Source: Tubulanus polymorphus (Eukaryota; Animalia; Nemertea). From it: DNA of 64,000 nucleotides. Both the position numbers and the translations under genes were made by a program. Under the pieces are notes generated by a model. That model was not told the origin of the DNA. It did no database searches and saw nothing but the letters and a program-made list of their open reading frames with translations. The stretch covers positions 16,920,950 through 16,984,949 of the forward strand of contig NC_134029.1 in the NCBI RefSeq assembly GCF_964204645.1, written 5' to 3'. This document shows, piece after piece, positions 1-13,800 of the stretch (positions are counted from its first letter, which is position 1; the number at the start of each line of letters is the position of its first letter).

Positions 1-1651
1 TTCGCAGTTATAGGCCAAAATAAATTTTTCGAATTCAATATGGCCGCAAATCAACCAATTGCAATTACTTATAAATTAAACAGGGTTCATCTACATGCCA
101 CAGCACACCTAACATAAAAATCTAATTCGAGCAATTGCTGCAATAAAGCAAACTTCACGTTGAGGCAGTAAAGCCAAAACCATATTCTCCCTTCCCTCCC
201 GACATCTGGGGGACCGTCAATTTAGTTGTATGATCCACGTGTAATTTCCTTTGCATTGTTATATTTTACTTGATTAATTGCCTCCTCATTCGAATTAATC
301 TTAATAGTTGAATAGAATCTGTTCTATGATGTAAACACCTTATGTAGACAGAACTTCAAAAATCAGACAAAGATTTACAACTATATACAAGACTCAAAAG
401 GTTCAATCATGCAAATTGAACTCAATGGACACACCACTGAAAAACACTGAAACCTCAAAACGCAAAATATAAAGTTCTTGTTTAGCTGAACGATGTTCTG
501 TGTTGCACATATCCTCCCTTGGAAGGGATTCGAACCTGATGGCAGATTCGAATCCCTCGCATGCCAATTGTACCAAATCCCCATAATTTACACAGATGTT
601 ATTTCATTCTTGCTGAATGTATCTTCGAAAATTAAAAAAAAAAACTCCACAAATTCAAAATTTTACAACTATCTTTGGAATTGGTCTATAAATTACAGAA
701 AGTATGCTTTAAAGTAAAATGTATGCCTACAATGAATCAGAGACCTAAGGTGTAGATAAACAGCCTAATGTTTATTTCATTTCAAACCCTGGGATCTTTA
801 GGCCACAATTCTGATATCTTTGAGAATACACACCAGAAAATAGATTTCAAAATGAACAAAATAGCGTTGCAGCTGAGTGTTTGAAGGATCGTTGAAGTCA
901 TCTAGAAACACAGAAAAAAGCTACCATTTTCAAAAATTGTTCTATGCTTAAAGAATTATTATCATGCCTATGAGGTTATCAGCAGGAAAAAGCTATTGCA
1001 ATAATTCTCAACAGGAAATTGCTGGCTGAAAACAGCTAGAATGCTTGCTGCAGCTGCTTCCATACTCCCTCCGCAGGGGTTCGAACCTGATATCATCAAG
1101 ACTGCCCGACTCACCCGGGTGCACAGGTACATGGGCAGGTGAACCTATCAGATATCCAGTTGTATAATCCCTGAGGCAAATTTCACGAATAATAATAATT
1201 ATTATTATTATTGGAATAACCCGCGCTAAAATAAATCGTAATTTATGATTGGCTAATAATGACATCATCTTGTTGGGTAGGGTTTTGTGCAGTGGCTTAG
1301 TCTAGTGATGCCATAAGTTTTGAATCCCTGACGAGGGAGGATAACCTGTTTACTGCTCTGCCCCCAAAAAAGGTCGGCATTCTGAGTAAATGGCTATATT
1401 TCTAAGTGATTCAAGATACCGTAACTTTTTCATCCTAAATCCTTCATTATAGGCAAAACGGATTAATAAGTCCATGTGCTAGTTCAGTTGTCTCAGTTGT
1501 TCACTTGAACTATTTAAGATTTGTATCCCGAAGTTGACAAGACTTATGAATGATAATGTCTGTGCATATGAAATCAAACAGACATAGACATAAACCCTTC
1601 ACCCCTACACACTACTGTGATACGGTAACACAAAGAATCAACAGAACATTT

Positions 1652-1829
1652 CTAGAATGCATTATCATCATCGTCCTCCTCTTCATCTATTTCATCTTCA
1701 TCATCATCTTCTAAATCTTCATCATCCTCGTCATCATCATCTAATTCTGAATCTTCAGTAACTGATTCTTCTTCATTCTGATTGCAGGAGCATGCAGCAG
1801 TTTCAGCAGCCGACAATGATACATCAGTC
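1652..1829 (-). CDS. AGTPBP1: AGTPBP1-like last exon, Asp/Glu-rich tail
   Basis: In-phase acceptor; ...[30 protein letters not shown] then TAG. Confidence 0.75.
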
Positions 1830-4800
1830 CTGTTTGAAAAAATAGACAGTTATATTATTTCAAGACTTTCATTGTCTTCCAGAGTCTGAGAAGATTGATG
1901 CCGGCTAAAATTATCATCACATATCATATCGCTTACTATCTATTTAATATATCTACAATAAAAATAAAGGCTAACGATTTCTTCCTTTGGTGATATTATA
2001 GGGTAATGTTAAGAAGTCAGTGATCTTTCTAGTAATGTGATGATTCTATCGAGGCCAGCAAGTTCGGGAGGTAAACATACTCAGTAGATTCTTTAGTAGA
2101 TGATTCTGATGGGATATTAACAGTAATCGGTAAAGTTGAACCATTCGTCGTTGTAGGTTTCATTCTTATTGTCATTTTGTGTAAACCATCGCAAAATTTT
2201 CGCCCCATCTCTTCCAATTCTTTAGTACTGATGTGTGAACCCTATAACATAACAAGTTTAAGCGTACATAAGAATACCACGCTTTTTACGAAAAATATTT
2301 CAGCAGGCCCATCACCAGCTGTCTTCGAGAATTTCATGAGAGTGAAGTAAAATGTCACGGCTTCCGACATATATTAGGGTGAAAATGGATGAAATTCTTT
2401 CAGTTCATCAAATCACCTGTCACTCCGAATTTTGCAACATTTTCCAGCAAAAGTAAGCTGGAAGCACAATTTGAGTGAGAACTTACAAAAGTGTGTCACC
2501 GATGAGGGAACTTTCTTAAATCGATGCTCAAAGCTTATTTTCGTACCTCCATTTAAGCGTTTGAGCCGCCAGTCTCAAATACAGGCCTGCTCAGGTTATA
2601 CATACCCTGTAAGGACCTATATCACATCCAGCATATGTACTCTCCATCGTATAACTACGTATGATTCCCATTTGTCTCCATACGACGACTCTCGCAGTTG
2701 ACTCTTTATTCTTCTCAATTATGTAATTACAGTTTGTCAAAGCAAATGATGGCGCCACTTGATTCAACATTTTCGGTAAGTGCTGTAAATATAGAAAAGA
2801 ACTACCATCAAGGCATATGGGATTCTAGTTTAAAATCAAACAACTAGAATTTCCAGTCAAAGAAAAGAACCGTGGATTTGATAGTGTAAGGCTAGAAAAA
2901 TGATACTTAGTGTCTCGTAATTAGTCGGGTCAAATTGCAATGAAATTCGTAATCTCCACAGAAAACTCTATTGATATTCACGTGATTTATTCTTTTTTTC
3001 CCTTTTCCACACTATTTTCGTCGAGAGAACATAGGCTTTTTTACCTGACCACTGTTTCCGATACAATCCGTTTAATTTCATTGTGCTCACTGTGATCTAG
3101 CCTACAGATACTCCGTGCGTATTTTGATAAATCAACGTTACAAAAGCACTGTCGGGCTGTAAACATCGAAAATTGAGCCCCATTCAATGAGGCGACATAT
3201 TTTTCTGAGTTGTCATCCCAAAATCCACCGCAGGCTGCTCGTCACTTCGATTGTCAATTCAAGTATAAATAAACAAATTTATTGCTGCAAGCTTCACATT
3301 CAGCCGTGGTCTTCAAACAGTAATTTAAACAATTACTCATTTTCTTCATCAGTACAATTTACCGATCAACAGAGAATTTACTGCTCTAAATATTATAAGC
3401 ACTGTTGAGCTGTAAAGATCGATGAATCAACGTGTTTCTTTACATCGTCGTTCCGCGGATCCGCTGCGCGTTCTCCTCGTCATGAGAATCAAATCAAATA
3501 AATTTATTACTCCCATTAATTTGGCTGCGGGCTTCAAACATTTTCCTTTACAAAATTTAGCGGATATTTAGTACGATAAATCAGTACCATCGAGTCGTAG
3601 TATGGGCGAGTCGTAGGCCTAAACTAAACACGCCAAACAGATGCAGCGGAGAAAAGCTGTAGTGTTGACGAGGTATCAACGTAAATAAATTTATTACTTT
3701 CAGTGATTCGGCCATGGGCTTCAACCGTGTATCAATATTCTATTTTTCACACAGTACACACGGATTTTTACCAAATCCACAGGATATTTACCAAATAACT
3801 GTATATAACAAATTCTTATATGTAAGCTGGACTCACGCTTGATATTTGGATTCAATGTTTCCAATACCGCGGGTGATAGATCGTTTGGCCGCTTGAAGTG
3901 TTTATTGAGTTGGGCCACTTTTAGGCCTACGTGCTTTACTGTTTCAAACAAACACAATTAAATTGTTGTGTTTATTTACGGAGACATGGATTGAAATTCA
4001 AACAAAATTTGCAATAGAAAATCCGGCAACATTGGTAAGCACGTAGTACAAAAGATTTGCTTCTTTGTCTGAAAATGAAATTGATTTTACAAATCGAATA
4101 CAACATGAGACCTAACCCTGTTAAATAGAGGTGTAGGAATATGATGTTTAGGAGGGTTAAAGTGCAATAGGTCTAAGCCTGCTCTGTCCGGATACTAGGC
4201 CTACGCGCATCAGTAGGCCTACATAAGCTGAAAATGAATATTTTTTTGAAAAGCTGTTAGCATTCGTCTGAGCAGGCATCCTTATAAACAAGAGTTTTCA
4301 TTTGAGTCTTGTTCATTACTAATGAAACTTATATTATATTAATTACTGATGACTTAAGTTACTACATAGCCCCAAATGATAGGATCTATTTTCGTCTACG
4401 AACATCTTGTCGTTGGAACAAACTTTTTTGAACAAAAAGTTTTTCGTTCGAACCAAAAATGTTTTATCCGATCGTTTTTTCGTTTGAACAAAACTTTTTC
4501 AGAAATTCGAAAATGTTCAATCGAACAATCGTTTTCATTCGAACTATTATTCGAACAAAATTGTTTTCACTCACCTATTTTTTTGTCAGGACAAAAAGTT
4601 TTTCCTTCTAACAATAACATACCGTAAAAACCGGCGTTAAGTCGAGTTTTTAACCCTTGATTTTACCACTTAATTATTGACCTCGACTTATACGCCGAGT
4701 ACAATTTTCAACTAAGTATTTTCAGGTCACAAGAAATATTGATTCTACCAGACAAAAAAGACAGTGTTCATCTTCTCACTGCTATAACAGTTTGAATAAT

Positions 4801-7800
4801 TATTCATTAAATAAATTTATTTAATGAAAAAAAACTTCTTTCATTTTGACACAGCTTCATTTAAAATGATGTATTCATATATGGGCGCTCATAGCAGCGC
4901 TTAATACATTAGGCTATATATAGTGTGTGACTCACACTACTGTATCACTGTATGGTAGTGTATTATACCCGAGTGTGAGTGTAACAGTCTATTGATTAAC
5001 GCACTGCAGCAATCAGGCTGACGCGCGGCGGCGTGCGTGAAGGCGCACATCGTTATCAAAACAAACTATTCAATATAATGATACAAGTAATTATTCTTCT
5101 AAGAGAAGTGACTCGACTTATAAGCCGGATATATGTTAAAATCATGAAATGTAGGTCTAAAAATCGACCTCGACTTATACGCCACGTAGACTTATACATC
5201 GGTTTTTACGGTAGCTTTTTATTTCAACAAAGTTTTTGTCAGAACAAAAAGTTTTCCATTCGAATCAAAAATATTTTCATCGATCCAACAAAATTGATTT
5301 CGTTCGAACAAAACTTTTTGTGGTAAAATTTGTTCAAAAGTGTTTTTGCTCAACATATTTTTTTGGTCGGAACAAAAGGTTTTTCGTTCAAACGTTAACA
5401 GCTTTTTATTCGAACACGTTTTTTATTAGGACGAAAAGTTTTTCATTCAGATAAACAGTATATTGTTCGATCGAACAGAATTTTCTTGTCAGAACATTTT
5501 TTTCGTTTTTTCGAAAGTTTTTCATTCGAACAAGTATATTGATCCATCAAAGCGTTTTTCATTCCAAAGAAAAAGATTTTCGTGGAACGAAATAGTCTTT
5601 TCATCATAATGAATTATCTTCATTCAAACAAAATAATCTTCACACTCGAACACAATAGGTAGAAAATGAACTTGGGTTTTATTTGTATCTAATATCCATA
5701 TTATGCCTTTTCAGGTTGAAGCTTATCTTACATGTTTCTGACCATGTATGGGACACAACTTGATTAGGTCGTTTTGGAAATTAACTTCGTCCTTACGTTG
5801 ATTTCGGCCACCTGTTTTTGATTGGAGAAAACTGCTGAGCCAATTTAAGCGACCCATCATTGATACCGATTCCTAAAAGCTTTTTTAAGAAATCGCTGAT
5901 GTAGTACCTAATCAAATGCTTTTTACATAATAATCATCGGGAAACATCATCAGGAAAACATCGTAGGCTAGCATAGGAATCACATCACATGCAACATTGA
6001 TTGTTCATACGACGATACCAATCGCTCTGCAGATCCATTCGTAAATAGACATGCCACTGTACGCCGCCTTTAAAGGGCAAATGCCATCAAAATTGTACTT
6101 TCCGCGATTCCTTAACCAGAAGAAACTTTAGTATACATATAACAACCTGAGATGTTACTGATTGAAAAAAGGAGCATGAATTAGCCATAATAGTTAGCGG
6201 AATAGTCATCTATTTATCCTTCACTCCGTGTGTATAGTTCATATTCAACCCACGGGTGGCGCTATTTATGATGTTAACTATGACAATCAACACAAGCACG
6301 TGTGCGTGCTCTTACGCGTAGCCTATGTATAATCAATAAAATAAACACCATTTGTTCACCGTATTCATTGACCTACAGCGCTACTCACTGATATACGATT
6401 ATCATGTCATATACAACGGTAGCAACACTATACAATGGTAAGAGTTTATTAATTCAAATCACTCCCAAAACAATAAAATATCGCATGAAATGTCTAGTGA
6501 AATGACTGAAAGCCGCGAGCGTTTGTCAGAGATGACGTCAGAAACACGCACCTGCTAAGATAAACAATAACAGTGAGCACATGCTGAAATTGCCAATTTA
6601 AAAGTCATATTTCTCAGTAATGGCTGAACTGAAATTCAAACCAGTTCCATATTTGATATTTGTGAATACATCACATATGAAAATGAATCTTACACAATAT
6701 TCTATTTTGATGGCATATGCTCTTTAATGCAAATATCGCCGTAAATTACTGTCTTATTCCATTGTATGGAAAATAATGGTCAGCTATTTTCTATTGCGAT
6801 CAATCTTTATTCCTCCTGTTTTTCTTTTACCGTTAATTCAATTTTTTTCGGTGTTGGTGCCATCTAATGAAATAGTTTTAATTACAGTACCTTAGTGGAG
6901 GGCTAGACTTACAACAAAGTGAGGTGGTCATCGGATCGATGAACGAGGTAATCGGAATAGTTAAGGTGGCATATCGTAATATTATTAAAGATCGAGTTAC
7001 TCAACTTTACGATGGCAGTAAATCGGGAAATATTGTAAAACATTTGTATAGGATTGTACTAGGAGATTACATTGGCTGTGGCGGTATGTGAGGGGCAGTC
7101 GAGGTATGACTGTATGTTAACTTTTGGCTGTTTCTTTCCATGATTTGTATTTTCCTTATTTAAAATCGTGTTTTGGTGGTTATGATAAACAAGAGCCCCA
7201 AGAGGCACTGCAGCCAGCCAGTCAGCTTTTCATAAAATGGCAAATGATGCATTCTGTGGGTTATATTTGTCAAAATACACTCCCTCCCAGTCCTAGCTCA
7301 TCAGAGTCAATACCTATAATTTACACAATACAATCGTGTTTTCTTAAGTAACACAGACAGCGACTGGAGCTGGCAGGAACAAATACCTCAGATAAATGTT
7401 TTCACTTGGTCTTATTTATTTGAATGTTGAATAGAATTGAATTTTCTGAAATTTGCTCAATAAAACAAAAGTGAATTGGATTTGATGTTTTATTTGTTCA
7501 ATAAAGTAAAATTTAATTGGATTTGATCCTTTTTGCAGAATAAAATTTAATTGAATTTGCAGTTTGAGCACATGGCTAATTAGCATATCAAGGTCATCTA
7601 TCCAATTTGAGAAAAAGCTATTTTCCCGGACTTAGCATAATTGTCAATGATATTTTCTGTAGTGCACATAAGAATATTCCTCCCAAAAACCAAATCAACT
7701 AAATATTTCACAGAAATCGATTTTGAAATACAATTTTGAATCTTAAAACAAAACCCGGAAGTAAAACGGTAGACGATCCCGCGGGTTCACGTGAACACCT

Positions 7801-10800
7801 GCTGATTTCTGCGGCTAAGCCAATCATAGAGGTGTCTTTGCTTTCTGATTGGCTTTTCAAAACCAATATTTTTGCGATCAGATATTCGCAAAAAATCTCA
7901 TATAAATTTTATCGAGGCCCTTTTTCAAAATTCAGCTTCGTAGGATTTGGAGAATGGATAATGCTTTAATGAATGATTTGTATGACTACATGCTTAGTTG
8001 CACAGTCAAAGGGCCTTAGTTCCGGAAACCATGTCATTTAAATTCGCTCCATTTGTGTAGTAAAACTTTTAAAAAACTTCCATCGTGTTTTATATCTGTC
8101 GTACCTTGTAAGACTGGTCCTCGAGTTTTGGTCCTAGATAAGTTGGATTATCACTATCTTCAGGAAGCCATGACTGAAATGGACTACACCCATACAGAAA
8201 TACATTCTTCTTACGAGAATGACCGTGATAGTCGCAGTACACCTAAAAAACAAATCAGTAAAATAATGCAACAAAAATACTAGAAAATAGGCAAGAATTA
8301 TCATCCATAGTTGCATCTAGTCGATGAAGACTTTTAACGAACAGAAACAGGAAAATTTTATTTCGATGGTAATAAGCAATCAAAAGAATTGAGGCTTATA
8401 TGGACAAATGGTAAAATTTCAGTAGAAGTTACCCTAGCAATTAAGGTAACTTACGAGCGGTGCTTTTCCAGTCACAGTCATATGTTGCATTAATCCTTTA
8501 GTATGATAAATAGTAGGATGTAGTGTGGGACATGGCTGTAGCCAACGTCGGTTCAAATCTTCTGCTGTCAATGACGTCCGATGACTAATTAACAAACACA
8601 AATCATGATTAGATTGAAAGCATTGAAAACCTATTATGCATCTTGTCTAAAGATTCACAATTGGCTAATCATTGATGAAACACTTTTTCCGTGATATAAG
8701 ATCTAAAATGATATAAAATACAACACTCAAATTAAAAAGGGTCTGAAATGTTTCTTTGAGCTAATATCTATTTGATGTTTAGGTATTGCTGAAAATGACA
8801 ATAAGGATATAGTCAAACCATTGAATGAATATTAGCTCAAGAACATTTCAGTCTCTTCTTATTCTTTGTTGTAAGTCTTTTATTTCCATATCATCATGTT
8901 CTGTATTAAACAACTGACTCGTGGAGCAGAGTTTAATGAAAATAGCCATCATAATTTAGAACTATTGAAGCAACTGGAAATTGCGAATTTGTTCTAATAC
9001 AGTTTAACTCAACTTCTATAAGCAGTGATATTTACTTTCCATTGATGACACCATCTGGGTTTAACATCGGTACTATCTTAAACACATACATATCCCGTAG
9101 ACTTTGTGCGGATGGACGATCACTTAATAAATGCTGAATTGTACCTAAACATCAAAAACACAAATAACTTAATACCCGGCATTTATCAAATTATGCAAGA
9201 GATTTAATGGGTTAATTAAATACATAGGGATAATTGATAGCAGTGAAAATGAGAACCCTTTTTAATAATTAGACGCTGGCTTTCTAATTCAAAAAAATGT
9301 TTGGTGATGAAGAGACGTACAAATATGATCGTGTTTACAAAACAAATGGACCCCAAAAGATCCATTTATAATATCATTTTAACAAAATACAATCATCTCC
9401 CCCAGAATTGAAGTTTTTCAAAAGTCTTAAATTGGATAATAATATCTGTATTCAAATTATCTATTATCCAAATCTCAAGGAACAAATGGCTAAGTGGCCA
9501 GATTTAGGCAGTCGGCATATCTGATGTTGGTTCGAAGTTTACACAGAGTGTATGATGCTTCCTAGTTGCTTATTGTGTATTGCATAAGACATAGTGTACG
9601 ATGTTCCTGTACTTTGAGAAAGGACAGACAGAATCATGGCGGGGTGTTGGGACCTATCATACAGTGTTGTAGTATAATAAAGCCATACCCATTATCATTG
9701 AAAGTGGGCATAGGTTAGCCTTGAACCCGAGGCCTTGAAACTCATCACAATGCAATTCTCCATGACCGCCAGCAACGATTGTGTTACTAAGACGTGTCAA
9801 CCTACACGCTCTTGTGACTGGCAGCAACACCAGTTGCAACGAGTCGCACAGTTGATGAGCGTCCTTTTTAAAAACTAGGGGTCCAGGGAAACCATGCCCA
9901 CTTGGGAAGTGGTTTCAAATGCTCAACAATCTAACGATTTTAATATTCAATGCCCCCAGGTGACCATATACAAAAACCAATGACCTTGAAACTCACCACA
10001 ATCATAGAACATGTTATGAACTTCAACTTTGCAATTGATCATGGTAACAAAATATACCTAGGTACCAATATAGTAAGGAAATACGGCAGAAGTTATTCGA
10101 CTATTCAACGCCCCCTGGTGACCATATAGAATATCCAATGTCCTAAAAACTCACCACAATCATAGCCGATGTCATGAGCTACAACTTGGCAATCGATCAT
10201 GGTAACAAAATATGCCTAGGTACAAATATAATATAGAAACACTAAGTTATTGTATTAATCAATGCCCCCTGGTGGCCATATACAAAAACCAATGACCTTA
10301 AAACTCACCAAAATCATATAACACTTTATGAGCTACAACTTTCCAATTGACAGTGTTAACAAAATATGCTTAGGTATCAATATAATGTGGAAAACTTTTT
10401 CCCACCTCCGAATGAGTACTGATGACACCAAGATGGCCGCCAATTGTGTCGTTATTAACTGATCAAAAATACCTGTCTCAGGTGTAAAACATCCCTCTCC
10501 AAAGAATACCCATCATAAATTGCAATGAGAAAAGGCAAACCAGTAGGACGCTACAGGACTCGGAATTCGGGCCAAAATTAACATTTTTGGGCATTAAAAG
10601 GTCATAGAACAGCCATCTTGAGTCCAATCGACCCAATTTTTCTTAAGCTGATGGACCCTTGGGGGATTCAAATATATTCAAAAGATCAAGGTAAGCGATC
10701 CAAGCGTCTTCAAAATTTCCCTTGAAAACTTCAAAATTGTATAAAAAGTGCTGATTTTGGAAACAACAATGGCTTCCATTGAATTTTCACATTTTATCAA

Positions 10801-13800
10801 TTCAGCCTGTATGGAAAATCCCGATTGTGGCAATAAATTCAATTCAAATCAAATCAAAAAATTCTCCGGTTAGCGATTTAGAAAAACACAATCATTGAGT
10901 ACAAAGGTTTGATTTCACACTAAAATCAGTTGTTGCATTGCAATAAACAGGAGTTAAACTCTATATGACAGTTAAGCATCAGACGTTGTAGGGAACCTGT
11001 AACAATGACTGGTATTCAGACTACAGGTCGACCATTGCCCTCCTTTTGATTGAGAAACAAAATAAAGGTCCAATGGCCCTGTGGCTCACCATTAAATCAT
11101 TGAGTGCATATATTGTCAAAAATATTATACTAAATATCAACTAATTTGGATTGAAGATGTTTGAGGCTGATAATATATGCGCCTGCGGATGTGTGAGAGT
11201 GCTGTGTACACTATCACAGCCTATATATAGACTCGCTCAGGTGATTACTAACACACACAGCCATATACTCTCTGACCTATATTCGCACACACGCGGCTGA
11301 CTGCTGAAGTGCGTACATACAAATGTACTAGCGACGCAGTATTAGATTGACCGCAATTTCAAGTCAGAATCCATCCATCGACAAATGTCAAAAAATACAA
11401 ACACATGGCTGCCAGTCGGCCATCTTGATTCTGACAGGGCCAGTTTTTGGGCTGAAGATGTGTCTAGGGTAGATACATGTGTAACCCAAATATCAAGACA
11501 TTACATTGAAGCGTCTTCAAAACTTCCCAAAATAACTGGATTCTATCGACGGACGGACAGACGGATGATGGACGAAAAGTGAACGCAATAGCCCGCTGGG
11601 ACTAAAGTCCCAAGTGGGCTAAAAACGTGCCATTACTTATTGCAAAAAGCAGGTTTTTGTGTGTTTTTCAAGAATAAGTCCCCTAAAAATAACTCGATCA
11701 CTATGAAATTTTTGTGGGCTCGAGAACTCATTAAGCCAAACCATGACACCAAAAATCAACACTATTGGTTCAATAGCCAATGTTTGTGCCTTGTTGACAC
11801 ACCCGTACAAAATTTTCAATGAAAACTGCTTCATCAGACCGTTTGCATAGGCTAACCTACAGTTCGCAAAAAAGTATGTAACACTAATATTTTACTTATT
11901 TCAAACTTTTGAGGGTGAAAGGTTTTGTCCGACTTATCTAGCTTCTGACTTGGAGAGATAAAGAAATCCGTCAGATTTCTTAATTTTTCTCACTTCAGTT
12001 TTACTGCATTTCTATATCAAGAAAAGTACCTTTCATGACCCAACTGGCATTGCTTTCTCCTGGGTGAACTCTGGACGTTAAGAATATATATGGACGGTTT
12101 TCTACAATGACAGGAAACAAAATCAAAATTAAAAGTGTTCTCTTATTCATAACTAAGTTTGAGAGGTGATTGTAAATGAACTTACTGTCAGCGATATCTT
12201 TGGAATGAGAGGTAATAGTGAGAACAGGTACTGGATTACCGCTGAGTGTTTGAGTTAGTTTTTGTCTTCTGAACAGAAACTGTGAACTATCATGTGAATT
12301 CTCCCAATGATCTAGATCAGCCTTAAAATATACATTAAAACAAGACCCACTCAATTTAGGAGACTATATTAACAATAAAAATTGCATTGTAACCATGGTA
12401 TTTATGCAATGGTTGATTTATTCCAGGCTTTGCCCAACTGACCCAAGGGGCAGTGGCTCAGAAGGTCAACATGGCATCTGTTAAAACTTCACTGTAATGG
12501 TATATATTGATCATTTACTAGCAATTTGACCCAACTTTTGAGCAACCATGGCCCAGTGCTAGAGCAACATCCCTCGGCCGATAAAAATATTAAAGAAAAT
12601 AAATATGTAGCGATCACTAACTTTTAAGAAGGCTATACTTCAGAAATGACTGCCTGCGGAACAGGGACAGGCTTTATTTTAATCATTCAAATTCGTTCCA
12701 TTTGTATAGCAATAGGCTCAGCCTATGGTTGGCCGGTGTTTAAGACATCGGATAAATGAATACAGTTTTTTGCAGTAACAAATGAGACATCTTCTTATTT
12801 CTAATAGTTAAAAACACTAGGCATGAACTGAAATGGAAGAGAAGTACAGCTAAGGACATACCTGCAACATGGAGTACGTGTACGGATAATGATAAGCTAT
12901 GTAACAAACATCCTTCTCATGTTTAAACTTCACTGTAAATGTTGTAGTATAGTATGTTTTACCGGACACTCCGCCAGTTGTCTGAGAACTACGAATGAAA
13001 TGATTTTTGTAGTAGCAAATCTCTGTACCGAACCGTTTCCAGTATGGTCGACCGGCAACTGCTTCCACAACAGAATAGATCACTGGTTGCATCCCTGAAA
13101 TTATTACAAAAAGAATTCAGAATATAACATTTCAGGTCATAACAACTGGAAGAGGCTTTATCAGTTAATCATGAACTACAATGTATGGAACAAACTGTAC
13201 CAGCACTGTTGAACAAATAACAAGCTACAAGGCATCAACGGTTCTCGGGCTCAGGCTCAAACGTTTAACTTCGAAATTACCATGCATTAGTTCCCATAGC
13301 ATTTTGGATATGTTCTACCTAGGGCCAATAGCTAAATTTTGTCAAAACAACTTTTCGAGGTCATCTTCAAGGTCATGTCATCGTCAAACCCGCGATTCAG
13401 TGCCTTGTTCTGCCACTAGGCGATGCACTAGGCCTATTTTTTGTGCTGCACAACTAGACCCCCATAATAGCATTGTACCCAAGTTTCATCAAAATCGACC
13501 ATGTTCGAAGCTAAGTAGCAGTAAGACAGACACAGAGACCCGGGCTCAGGCTCCTAATCTATCTCCGAAATTACCATGCCTTAGTTCCCATTGCATTTTA
13601 GATATGTTTTACCTAGGGCCAATCGCTTAATTTTGCCCAGACAAATCTTTGATTTTCGACCAAGTTTCTGAGTTATGAGGTCATCTTCAAGGTCATGTCG
13701 CTGAAAATGAGAATCTTTAGTGTCTAGTTCTGCCACTAGATGGCTCATTGGGCCCATTCCTTACACTGCACAACTAGACCCACATACTTACATTGTACCC

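Noticed and set aside
10415-10470. CTGATGA hammerhead ribozyme core in HINE copies
   Set aside because: No stem II followed by GAAA, and the motif is not kept in all copies
13181-13630. 149-aa ORF with an internal repeat
   Set aside because: Reads through a tandemly repeated non-coding transposon
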